Below are positions 1-9,268 of a stretch of 64,000 bases of DNA, one piece after another. The stretch's first letter is position 1, and the number at the start of each line of letters is the position of its first letter. The notes under the pieces are model-generated. The model was given only the letters and a program-made list of their open reading frames with translations, was not told where the DNA came from and ran no database searches. Both the position numbers and the translations under genes were made by a program. Source of the DNA: an uncultured delta proteobacterium (lineage in GTDB: Bacteria; Desulfobacterota; Binatia; UBA9968); assembly GCA_963727625.1 (NCBI GenBank), contig CAVSHR010000005.1, positions 1 to 64,000 on the forward strand, given 5' to 3'.

Positions 1-29
1 ACGCCGGAGTGTAATTGGCGAGATCGACA

Positions 30-950
30 TCAAACTCCGAGCACTCGACCTAACTTGTCATGGAGCTCTTTCTGCTTTTTGGCGCCGAGCTTTCTGATGT
101 TTAGCAATTTCCACTGAACCGCGGGCAATTTCGCGATGCCCTCGATCCCGAGCAAGTCCCATTTCGGCTGACCGGCTTTTAGAGACAAGAGAAACTCTTT
201 TTCGCCAGCGGTTAGCGTGCTTGTCAGAGTCGCGATGAGCGTCTCTCGTGCGGCTAGCAATTCATCATAGGTCACTGCATCGACGGTCATGCCGGCGAAC
301 TCGTTTTCAAAGATTCGCCGAACATTTTTAGGTTTTGGGGCGAGCAACTCATGCATCGGCCGGTCGTGGCTGGCGAGATAGACGACAAAGGCTTTCCTGA
401 TCTCGTCGGTGACGCCTTCATTATCTAAGAGCAATTTCACGTCGAAAAGATCCCGTGGATGTTGGCGGTCCAAGGCGGCGCAGAGTTTTCCAGCATAAAG
501 GTCGGCCAGCGAAAGTGTCTGTGCCATCACCGAGAGTTCGAACAACTCTTCGGCGCGGCGGGTGAGATCGCGGTCCCCGGCTGGATAAACTGAGCCGCGA
601 ATGACTTCGTTGGATTCAATCTTTATCCGGGTCGATCCCACAGCCACGGTTATTCGCGTTATACGGTCCGGATTCTTGGCGCGGGTTTCCTGAATGCGCG
701 TACCGGGTATGTTCTTTTTGATGGCTCCGGCGATACGGTCGAGAGCGCTGCTCACATTTCTCAGGGCGGCATCCCGCGCGTCGACGACCGGTAGGTACGT
801 CAGATCGATGTCCACCGATAACCTGGGCATATCGCGTACGAACAGATTGATCGCGGTCCCGCCTTTTAGCGCAAAACTGCGCTCGGCGGCCACATGCGGT
901 ATGGTCTTGAGCATCAGCTCGGCTTGCTTGTAATACGGACTGTCCTTCAC
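30..950 (-). CDS. abiEii: Type IV TA toxin, AbiEii-family nucleotidyltransferase
   Basis: Has LKGGTAINLF, RLSVDIDL and K..AAL.R.HPRDLFD motifs. The GTG start at 950 overlaps the antitoxin stop (GTGA). The ORF-track start at 1091 is an over-extension. Confidence 0.93.
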   Translation of the reverse strand: MKDSPYYKQAELMLKTIPHVAAERSFALKGGTAINLFVRDMPRLSVDIDLTYLPVVDARDAALRNVSSALDRIAGAIKKNIPGTRIQETRAKNPDRITRITVAVGSTRIKIESNEVIRGSVYPAGDRDLTRRAEELFELSVMAQTLSLADLYAGKLCAALDRQHPRDLFDVKLLLDNEGVTDEIRKAFVVYLASHDRPMHELLAPKPKNVRRIFENEFAGMTVDAVTYDELLAARETLIATLTSTLTAGEKEFLLSLKAGQPKWDLLGIEGIAKLPAVQWKLLNIRKLGAKKQKELHDKLGRVLGV

Positions 951-1744
951 GCTCGCGCTCCGCGAGCCGTGCTTTCGGCTTCCGTATTCGGGACCGTGAT
1001 TTGGTACTTGGAGTCGAAGCGCCCACCCTTGACCAGCGCGCGCTTGCCTTTGCCGAAGTCGACCTTTGACAGGTCGACTTTGCCTGCCCATGCATGCTTG
1101 CAGTTCTCGGCCAGAAACATGAAAAGCCGCTTTACCTTCACCGACGCGCAGGTTTCCAGCAGCGCTTGAACGACCCGCGGGCGCAGCGTGGTGAGCCCCT
1201 CCATGAGCAGCCTGGCCTCTTCATAGGAGTCGACTTGGGGCACCCCATAGAGAACTTCCATCATGGCGCGCTCGGGTGCGGATAGTTTGATCGAGTATGG
1301 GCCCAGCTCTTTCTTGGTCAACCCTTGATCGGCTTGGCCGGCAAAAAGATTGGTCGTCGTATAACGCACCTTGACGCCCCAGCGATGCTGCTTGAACCAG
1401 GCGGGCAGTTTGACGTTAGGCGGGCCGAAGAGCGAGACCGTTGCGCCCTTCCCCAGGGGTAGGAAGTGGGCATAACCTTGCATTTGCAGGGCGGTCTTTG
1501 CGCCGGCGTGGACCGGAAGTTTCAATTGCTCCTGTAGGGCATACAGTCCCCCGGTCCACTCCGCTTTATCGCCCGCCTTTGCATAGGCTCCCTGCCCGAC
1601 TCGGCGTAGCCAGGCCGTAGCTTCATACTTTCGCACCAGTTGCTGATAAGCCCCTTGGTTTTCAAGCCAGGACGATACCGCGACCGTTCCATTCGGCCAC
1701 CGTTGGAGCAATTGGTTTATTTTACTGCCGGTAAGACCACCCAT
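947..1744 (-). CDS. abiEi: Type IV TA antitoxin, AbiEi family (wHTH regulator)
   Basis: N-terminal SKINQLL..WP.G and WLRRVGQGAY; C-terminal SAPERAMMEVL and SVKVKRLF. Lies directly upstream of abiEii. Confidence 0.9.
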   Translation of the reverse strand: MGGLTGSKINQLLQRWPNGTVAVSSWLENQGAYQQLVRKYEATAWLRRVGQGAYAKAGDKAEWTGGLYALQEQLKLPVHAGAKTALQMQGYAHFLPLGKGATVSLFGPPNVKLPAWFKQHRWGVKVRYTTTNLFAGQADQGLTKKELGPYSIKLSAPERAMMEVLYGVPQVDSYEEARLLMEGLTTLRPRVVQALLETCASVKVKRLFMFLAENCKHAWAGKVDLSKVDFGKGKRALVKGGRFDSKYQITVPNTEAESTARGARA

Positions 1745-1845
1745 GGTTGTTAAATTAGATCAATATTAAACTCGACGCAAGTCAGCAGTTTAATAATCTG
1801 CTATTTTAACAACCTATCGTGGTTAATTCCGCGCTACAATAAACC
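1714..1845 (-). promoter_or_regulatory. abiE promoter/operator: 28-bp inverted repeat with an embedded sigma70-like promoter
   Basis: Arms 1745-1772 and 1787-1814 match 23/28 as an inverted repeat. Weaker outer arms 1714-1738 and 1821-1845 share the same axis. The minus strand reads TTGCGT-N17-TAATTT-N7-ATG. Confidence 0.75.
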
Positions 1846-1962
1846 TGAATCCTCGTCGGTATCAAAGCACAGGCGGGGCCGATTTTTCTTAGGCTGGCAT
1901 CGCTACAGGAGTGGGGATCCCTAATTTCTTGAATTTGGGCTCGCTAGAGGTGTGGCAATGTT

Positions 1963-2120
1963 CTCATTCTGCTCGATGGAACTGACCACCAACCCATACG
2001 GATTCTGCCGTGTTTTTTCCACATGCTGGAGCGTGACTCGATAATGGAAAGGCTTTCGTTCCGTTTCCGTCCGGCCGACACCCCCAGAATGTTGTTCAAA
2101 CCGTTCAATCGCTGCGCTCC
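1963..2120 (-). repeat. Copy 1 of a ~150-bp unit: orphan C-terminal coding fragment (VGRTETERKPFHYRVTLQHVEKTRQNPYGLVVSSIEQNE) plus GTTCAA repeats
   Basis: 1963-2080 aligns without gaps to 4242-4359, with 25 differences in 118 nt by manual count. Confidence 0.85.
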
Positions 2121-2320
2121 GTTCAAATCAAATCGTTCAACTTGCCGGGGCTAAGCCACTCTGGAATGCTTCATGTAGAAGCGGCCTGGGGTCGATGAAC
2201 GCAAAGGCCTATTCCGTCTATCCATGCAGAGTTCTTAGTTTTCGCCTGTTTATCGCACTGCCACCGCCCCTGATCACGACTGCCACCATGGTCGCCGCCA
2301 ATGACAAACTCGGTTGCTAA

Positions 2321-2343
2321 CCTGGCGGCGCGTATCCGCCAGG
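2321..2343 (-). terminator. GC hairpin just downstream of the Fic stop codon
   Basis: CCTGGCGG-N7-CCGCCAGG; the U-tract is weak. Confidence 0.4.
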
Positions 2344-2346
2344 GGT

Positions 2347-3903
2347 TCAACCTTTTGGCACTTTAGCCACCGGCTTGCCGCGAAACCCAGCTTTGACAAG
2401 CTGCGCAAAGAAATCGGCGCAGGGCATGATGTTCTGCCGCACGCTGGCCTCTTCCAGAGCGGCCATGTAGGCGTCCCGCCGTTCCAGCGGCACCACGGTC
2501 CAGGGGTATCCGCCTGCCGCGAGCATCACGTTCAAGAGGAACCGGCCGATACGGCCATTGCCGTCCATATAGGGATGGATATAGACGAAGATGAAGTGGC
2601 CGAGCACGATCCGGACTGACGGCTCGGACTCCTCGGCGAGAATTTCGAAAAACACCGGCATGGCATCACGCACCGCCTCGCTGCTGGGCGGCACGTGCAT
2701 CGAGCTCCGGATATAGACAGGCGCGTTGCGATAACCGGCAAGATCGGCGGGCCGCAGCAAGCCCGCAGTTACGCTTGGAGCAAACATTTCGCGGTACCAG
2801 GCGCCGTGATCCTTCTCGGCAACGGCGCCGGGATTCTTGCCGCCCAGGACGCGGCGCAGGCTCTTCTGCACTTCCTGGAAGGCGAGCCAGTAGCCGCGAG
2901 CCGCGAGGGCATTGCGCTGTTCGCGGTCCTGTTCATTTGCGTCGGGGTTCCACGCGCCGCTGCGCACGCGCTCGATCAGCGCGGGACTGACGCGGTAGCC
3001 TTCGATCGACAGCGAGTGGTAGGCGTCAGTGACATAAACATCCTGCACATGCTTGAGATAGGCACGGGTGTCCGTCGGCTGTCTCGGCGACGCAGGGAAT
3101 CTTTCGATGACCGCACTGCGCATCTGCTGCCACATAAGGCGGATACGGCCGGCGTAGGGGGACCGCTCGCGCCGCGGCAGCATAAGATTCATCCGGCTTG
3201 CGAACGGGTCCTGATCGCGCACGTCATAACCGGCAGCGCGCATGGTGTTCACGATATCATCGGCAATGCGGTCGCGGCCGATGTTGCGGAAAGCGCCGGC
3301 GAGCCGCCCGGCGATCTTGCTGTGGCCGCGTTCGAGAAGGCGGCTCAGCAGTTCAGACGCATCGCGGATGGTCGCAAGTGCCGCACGCACGTCCGTAGGA
3401 TTGTGCTCGAATAGCGAGGGGGAGATGGCAATCAGCGCGGCGGGCAATGAGAACAGCCGTAGCCCGTCTCTCTCCTCGATATCCTTCTCCTCGGGGACGG
3501 CAGCGCGAACATCTAACAGCGAGGTTCCGTAGGGCAGCGCGGTGGCCTTGTTGCCGCCTCCGGGAGAGCGCACCCCAAGCTGGGGCGGCACTGCGTGGTT
3601 GCCGGTATGCAGAGACAGGGAGTGCTCCGGTGAAAGACACCAGTCGCTGCCAAAGCGTTGTCTCAGATAAGCGGCGCAAAAGGCCCAGAAGGAGGCATAC
3701 CAGGCTGTGCCCTCACCGGCTGCGTTATCGGGTCGCGCCGCTATGTACCAGCCCTTCATGACTTCTTGCAGGAAGCCGTTCTTGAGCAGGCGCTCCCGGT
3801 GCGCCCGTGAAAGATCGGCGGCGCGGATCGCGACGATGCCCCGGTCCTGAAGTTTCCTCAGAGCGTCAAGGGATTCGGCGAGTTTTTTCTGCGGCGGTGC
3901 CAT
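2347..3903 (-). CDS. Fic-domain protein with an AbiEi-like N-terminal half
   Basis: Canonical Fic motif HPYMDGNGRIGR near the C-terminus, plus YHSLSIEG and YRNAPVYI. The N-terminus has GFLQEVMKGWY, SPEHSLSLH and GLRLFSLPAAL. Confidence 0.9.
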   Translation of the reverse strand: MAPPQKKLAESLDALRKLQDRGIVAIRAADLSRAHRERLLKNGFLQEVMKGWYIAARPDNAAGEGTAWYASFWAFCAAYLRQRFGSDWCLSPEHSLSLHTGNHAVPPQLGVRSPGGGNKATALPYGTSLLDVRAAVPEEKDIEERDGLRLFSLPAALIAISPSLFEHNPTDVRAALATIRDASELLSRLLERGHSKIAGRLAGAFRNIGRDRIADDIVNTMRAAGYDVRDQDPFASRMNLMLPRRERSPYAGRIRLMWQQMRSAVIERFPASPRQPTDTRAYLKHVQDVYVTDAYHSLSIEGYRVSPALIERVRSGAWNPDANEQDREQRNALAARGYWLAFQEVQKSLRRVLGGKNPGAVAEKDHGAWYREMFAPSVTAGLLRPADLAGYRNAPVYIRSSMHVPPSSEAVRDAMPVFFEILAEESEPSVRIVLGHFIFVYIHPYMDGNGRIGRFLLNVMLAAGGYPWTVVPLERRDAYMAALEEASVRQNIMPCADFFAQLVKAGFRGKPVAKVPKG

Positions 3904-3916
3904 AAGATTGCTCTAT

Positions 3917-4021
3917 CGTTAGGTTGTCCTAACGCACGGTCATTAGGTTTTCGCGCTGCGCTCTCATTAGGTTATTATGTTGTACCAATTTCAGGTTATT
4001 GTGTCGATAAGCACTTAGGTT
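3917..4021. promoter_or_regulatory. Array of five T(T/C)AGGTT direct repeats at a 24-bp period over the Fic promoter
   Basis: Copies start at 3919, 3943, 3967, 3991 and 4015. Candidate minus-strand promoter TCGACA(4007-4002)-N17-TACAAC(3984-3979). Palindrome at 3917-3934. Confidence 0.75.
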
Positions 4022-4241
4022 TTTATGCAGGCAGGTTTGATAATGCGCGATCAAGTCGCACAGAATGAGCCGTTCGCTGAAGGGGCCGGCTTGGCCTCAG
4101 CGCCGTAACCCCCCGCAAGATCAGATAATCTCGAAGGCGGATGAGACCTCTGGAAGGCGCGCGCGATCCCACCAGATAGAAGGAATGGGCGAACCGCTAC
4201 CGTAGATTTTTCGCCGGGATCAACTAAGGGCTTCGTGTTGG

Positions 4242-4450
4242 CTCATTCTGCTCAACCGAGCTGACCACCAATCCGTGCGGATTCTGCTGAGTTCTCTCGA
4301 CGTGATGGAGAGTGATGCGATACTGATATGGCTTCCGCTCGGTTTCAGTCCGGCCGACAAATCCCAAACCTTGTTCAAAACGTTCAAGCCGGTCAACCGC
4401 TGCGCTCACCACAGAACCGACGGCTGTTCCAATCGTTCAAAACGTTTTGG
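4242..4450 (-). repeat. Copy 2 of the ~150-bp unit (VGRTETERKPYQYRITLHHVERTQQNPHGLVVSSVEQNE) plus GTTCAA repeats
   Basis: Homologous to 1963-2120, with the same junction (GTCCGGCCGACA) and the same 13-nt spacing to GTTCAAA. Confidence 0.85.
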
Positions 4451-4535
4451 GGATTAAAGAACCGGAGCGGGGACTTGCAGGTTTTGACCATTCTCAAAAC
4501 GTCGAAAGGCATGCAGCAATATTACAGAGGTTGCT

Positions 4536-4784
4536 CTAGCTCGCCTGGGCTAGGGACTCTTGGTTTTGTATAACAATTTTTGGATCGGCGCTTTCCTTGG
4601 GAATGGGAAGCGACTGTTCCTTGAGCAATTCGAGATGTTCCTCCATTCCCCACTTGGCTTGATAAAGGCAGTCTTCGATAGAGTGGCCGATTCCAGTGAA
4701 TCCTTCGAGATCGGGCGAGTAAAACCCAAAAAACGTTGGATCATCTGTCGCTTCGATAACCAAAGAATATTTGAGATCAATCAC
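4536..4784 (-). CDS. hicB: HicB-like antitoxin (short form, no C-terminal DNA-binding domain)
   Basis: YSLVIE...PDLEG....G.SIEDCL...EEHLELL....PIP pattern; AGGAG RBS; downstream of hicA. Confidence 0.85.
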   Translation of the reverse strand: MIDLKYSLVIEATDDPTFFGFYSPDLEGFTGIGHSIEDCLYQAKWGMEEHLELLKEQSLPIPKESADPKIVIQNQESLAQAS

Positions 4785-4795
4785 GGCATCTCTCC

Positions 4796-4987
4796 TTATT
4801 TTCCCTTCAGACCCGCAGCCTTAAGGATAGCACCGCAAGTTCCTGTGGGGATCTCCTTGGCTCCATGATAGTCAAGCCGAATCAGTCTGTCCACACCAGA
4901 TTTGGCATAGTAGCGAATTGAGCCCTTTTCTCGGATAAGCCGAAAACCGTTTTGCTCCAGCAATCGTACAAGCTCGTTAAATCTCAA
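4796..4987 (-). CDS. hicA: HicA-like mRNA interferase toxin
   Basis: 63 aa from a TTG start with a GGAGG RBS. Pattern ELVRLLEQNGF...R.KGS...HGAKEIPTGT..AILKAAGL. Confidence 0.85.
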   Translation of the reverse strand: MRFNELVRLLEQNGFRLIREKGSIRYYAKSGVDRLIRLDYHGAKEIPTGTCGAILKAAGLKGK

Positions 4988-5178
4988 CGTCGCCTCCGAA
5001 CCGGCGCAAATACTACCAAAGGAGGGAGGGAAATGAAAAGTCACTTAAAAGCGGTCCTGGTTCGAAGGTTCAAAGTTTTAGAACGGGGATCGTTTAGACT
5101 CGGAAATCGTTCGAAAGGTGATGAACGCGCACAGCGGATCAGCGCGAAAGTGCCTAAAACAGCATTCAGTTTCGCAAC

Positions 5179-6255
5179 TCATGGGTGAACGGATTGCGTA
5201 AACCAATCACTCGGTAATTCTCTTCCCATGCCCTGTTTTTTAGCAAGTTCGTAAACCTTGGCTCCCACAGCCGCAAACTGGACACCTAATCCCAGATTGT
5301 TTATGAAGCAGGTAATTTCGCTATCGTTCGCCCTGCGTCTGGATTTGCCGCCGATAACATCGCTCAGCTCAGGAACTTGCCACCAGCTTTTACCGGCGTG
5401 TTTTTCGAGTCCTCTAAATCCCGTGCTTATTTCCGGTATGTCCTCTTCCTTGCCCAATACATAATGATCGGGTTCAGCCATTCGGGTATTGATTGCCACG
5501 ATGTCACAACTTGCCAAGCTTTCGGCGTCAAGTTCAGACTGTCTAACGCAGGTAATATGAACTCCTGGATTCAAATGCGATTTCTTGATGACGGGGTTTA
5601 GGGCATTTGTGGCTGCCATGATCACATCGGCATTCTCCGCCGCCTGTGCAGAACTATCGGCGGCCGAGACTTCCGTTTCTAACAGTTTCTCCATTTCCCC
5701 GGCAAATCTTATGCGGTTGTCCCTGGTGGGGCTGAAGACGATGATTTTTTTGATGTTTCTAACTCTGGTGATCGCCATGAGCTGAGCGGCCGCTTGCCAG
5801 CCGGAACCAAGCATCCCGACTGTTTCGGCATTCTCACGAGAAAGGAATTTGGCTCCGAGCCCGTTGGTGGCGCCGACGCGCATTCTTTGAATGACCCCGT
5901 CCGGCATCATGGCGATGAGTTCTCCCGTTTCGATTTGAAACAACAAAACGAGCCCTACCCACTCTCCCGTTCCAGCGGCGGGAATTTTTACTCTGCGGGG
6001 TTCGCCATCGATTGTCGGCCAGTTGATGACATCGGAGTTGATGCGCAGCGCCGTTATCCCAAATTGTGGAATCGCGCCGCTCATGGTTTTGAATCCGTGA
6101 ATCACTTCCGGCCTGGACGTAGGCACCAGCATATCCGCTCTGGGAATATTGACGGCACGGTTTTCCGCCAGCGCATGATAAGTTTGCTCAAGGATCTCTA
6201 TGCAGGAGCCCATATCGAGAACATGTTCAACATCTTCATTAGTGAGGAGCAACAT
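5179..6255 (-). CDS. Ornithine cyclodeaminase/mu-crystallin family protein
   Basis: MRVGATNGL, Rossmann GSGWQA and NLGLGVQFAA motifs. ATG at 6255 with a GAGAGG RBS. Confidence 0.9.
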   Translation of the reverse strand: MLLLTNEDVEHVLDMGSCIEILEQTYHALAENRAVNIPRADMLVPTSRPEVIHGFKTMSGAIPQFGITALRINSDVINWPTIDGEPRRVKIPAAGTGEWVGLVLLFQIETGELIAMMPDGVIQRMRVGATNGLGAKFLSRENAETVGMLGSGWQAAAQLMAITRVRNIKKIIVFSPTRDNRIRFAGEMEKLLETEVSAADSSAQAAENADVIMAATNALNPVIKKSHLNPGVHITCVRQSELDAESLASCDIVAINTRMAEPDHYVLGKEEDIPEISTGFRGLEKHAGKSWWQVPELSDVIGGKSRRRANDSEITCFINNLGLGVQFAAVGAKVYELAKKQGMGRELPSDWFTQSVHP

Positions 6256-6292
6256 CTTGGTCTTTTTCCTCTCAGTCCGGGGTGTTGTGCCC

Positions 6293-7306
6293 TCACGGCA
6301 CCTTGACGTTATATTTCGCCGCAAGTTTTTGAAAAAACCCCTCATGGATGAGTTCGTCAACGGGCTTCATAGAGACGAATTTTTCCGGAGCTATCCCTCC
6401 TCCCTTCGAATCGGGAGCGGTTACGCCAAAATCACGAACATTGGCCAGTCCCTTCAAATCCGGTACGAGATCGGGGACAAAAGCCTTTCTGAAATACGTA
6501 AAGCTTTCCTCCAGAATCCTTGAATCCGTTGTCCTCAGATATCGTTTCCACATTTCTTTTGCTTCTTGAGGATGAGTTAAAGAATAATAATTCCCCTCGG
6601 CGACGGCCTTAAGGACAGACTTTGCCATGGTTAGGTTGTTTCCCAGCCAGGAATGCCGGGCGGCCAATACCACTTGTGCCCAAGGAACGCTATCGTCGAG
6701 CAAATTCACGCTGATTTTATATCCCTTGTCTTGCAGGCGGAGTTGGTAGGGAGGCGGTAACCCGACAAGGTCCACGGCCCCGGTCGAAAAGGCGGCAACG
6801 CGGCTGCTCATATCGCCCGATGCGATGAACGTAACCTTTTTTGCATCGATGCCTTTTTCCTTAAAAAGCGCGAGAAGGCTGGTGTGAGACCCAGAACCGA
6901 CTCGACTGATGGACGCTCTTTTCCCTTCGATATCTTTTAGCGTTTTTAATCCCGGACCAAGAAAAATATAGTAGGGAAGGATATTCTCCGTGGCCCCGAA
7001 AATACTTACGTCTCCGCCTCTTGCTTGCAGGGCCATCGGCGAGGTCGCCTGCGCCAAAAGCACCGTGACCTCACCGCTCAGCAAACTTGCCGTGATCACT
7101 GAACTGCCGGAAATATAGACTATTTTCCCCTGGGAAATTCCGTACCGTTCAAAGAACTGCTTTTGACTCGCCATCCATAAACCAGTGAATCCGGCGGGAT
7201 CGATAGCACTGTATGCAAAATCGATTTTCTCCTCGGCTTCGATGCTTTTGGTATTCATCGCAAACACTAGCAGTAAGCCGGTCAACACATAAGCGATTTG
7301 CTTCAC
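6293..7306 (-). CDS. ABC transporter substrate-binding protein, NMT1/SsuA/THI5-like
   Basis: Signal peptide; DIEGKR.SISRVGSGSH and GAVD motifs. GTG at 7306 with an AAGGAGG RBS. Confidence 0.85.
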   Translation of the reverse strand: MKQIAYVLTGLLLVFAMNTKSIEAEEKIDFAYSAIDPAGFTGLWMASQKQFFERYGISQGKIVYISGSSVITASLLSGEVTVLLAQATSPMALQARGGDVSIFGATENILPYYIFLGPGLKTLKDIEGKRASISRVGSGSHTSLLALFKEKGIDAKKVTFIASGDMSSRVAAFSTGAVDLVGLPPPYQLRLQDKGYKISVNLLDDSVPWAQVVLAARHSWLGNNLTMAKSVLKAVAEGNYYSLTHPQEAKEMWKRYLRTTDSRILEESFTYFRKAFVPDLVPDLKGLANVRDFGVTAPDSKGGGIAPEKFVSMKPVDELIHEGFFQKLAAKYNVKVP

Positions 7307-7709
7307 TTTGAATATTCCTCCTTGAAAAATGGCTGCCACAGTCTTGTGCACCTTAGCACAAAGTTATCCGAGTTCTACAGGTTATTGCGACGAAAACGTC
7401 GAGACCTCGATTGAGCGAGGTCATGCCTTTCAACCAACGCTTTTGACAGGGGAATGTGAAAGAGCGCAATTTTTTTCCGGGAATTCGGCCGGCGTGATAA
7501 CGCCCTTTTTTTCGATGAGCAACTTAGCCAGCGCGTCGGTTTGGGCAATGCTGGAAACAATCGGGGAAGCGACAATAACCAGCGCAATGACGCGACGGGC
7601 CGCAGCGAGGCTCATTGGTCGCCCCGACCTTGCAAGCCCGAGTTCACCCATCTGCAAAGCGGCCCTCAGGAACGTTGGCGCACGATGTGCAGGACAATCC
7701 GGGGGACCC

Positions 7710-7965
7710 CGCTCAAGCGAAGAACACCGAGTTTGAAGACCGACATTCCAGCATAGTGGAGCTGCAAAAAAAATCTCGCAGATCTTGGGGATCGAACTGC
7801 AACCGATTCATCATCGGGCGTTATTGGTAAGCGAGCGACAGGACCTGCTGGGAGTTCTCAACAGCGAACGGTTTTGCCGCCAAGCGCCTGGGGGAATTTA
7901 TGCCAAGCTGCTGGATGAAGCAAAGTATCTGTGCCGGGAGCGCACGATGTACCGGATCTTGGCCT
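7710..7965 (+). mobile_element. IS3-family transposase remnant (OrfA end and OrfB start)
   Basis: IVELQKK/SQILGIEL resembles an OrfA C-terminus. RALLVSERQDLLGVLNSERFCRQAP..IYAKLLDE.KYLC.ERTMYRIL resembles an OrfB HTH region. No DDE domain follows. Confidence 0.7.
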
Positions 7966-7972
7966 TGGCGAA

Positions 7973-8100
7973 ATGATCCTCGACAAAATATATGGCGAAG
8001 TTCCGGAAAAGATCCAAAGCGCCGTCGAGATGTTCAGGCGAGTGGCCGTCACCTCTTGAACCCAATCAATGACGTTCTCGATTTGTCTAAGATCGAAGCC
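7973..8100 (+). pseudogene. Histidine kinase (HisKA) fragment
   Basis: MILDKIYGEVPEKI, then a frameshift into DVQASGRHLLNPINDVLDLSKIEA. Confidence 0.7.
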
Positions 8101-8251
8101 TGTCGTTCGAGACATACTCCATGCAGGAAGTGGTTCAGGCAGTCTCTACCGCGATGCAGCCCCTTGCGGCGGCAAAAACTATCGCACCGAAAGGCGAGCG
8201 CGCCGATTTGGCACGACGACGCTCGCCTCTACGAAAGCTGCGATAACGCGA

Positions 8252-8908
<657 letters not shown>

Positions 8909-9268
8909 AAGTCACTCCTCCTCCTGATTTTATAAATTGATCAACAATCGCTAACTCCAATCGAGTCCGCGGTCAAGCCTCGAATCACGCTTTTTCCGAG
9001 TTTAACCATCGGCGATGCGCCGCTGAGGGAATTCTGACGCGCGCGGCCGGTTGATCGCCGTGCCCTTGTCCCAACTCCGATAGGCACTTTCCAGGGCATC
9101 GATGCAGGTCTTGATCGAAAGAAACGATTCAATTTCTTCGTTGCTCAGGATAATCATCCCGGTGGCATATCAATGCGCCGGCGCATCGTCGAGATTGCGT
9201 GCCGACGCTTAAGTATTTCTTGACTCTCATGGTCGGCTTCGCCTAGGTTGAAACAAGGAGGAATGGCC

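Noticed and set aside
951-1091. N-terminal extension of AbiEii given by the ORF track
   Set aside because: It overlaps abiEi in another frame. The GTG at 950 gives the expected coupled start.
3917-4021. Periodic repeats as a mini-CRISPR array
   Set aside because: The repeat is only 7 bp with 17-bp spacers, no cas genes are present, and it overlaps a promoter. An operator array fits better.
7375-7700. Small ORFs around TDALAKLLIEKKGVIT
   Set aside because: They look like a degraded fragment with no clear start or RBS, so they cannot be supported as a gene.
7766-7773. A8 run as an active programmed frameshift of an IS3 element
   Set aside because: The element is a short remnant with no catalytic domain or recognisable ends, so an indel from decay is equally likely.
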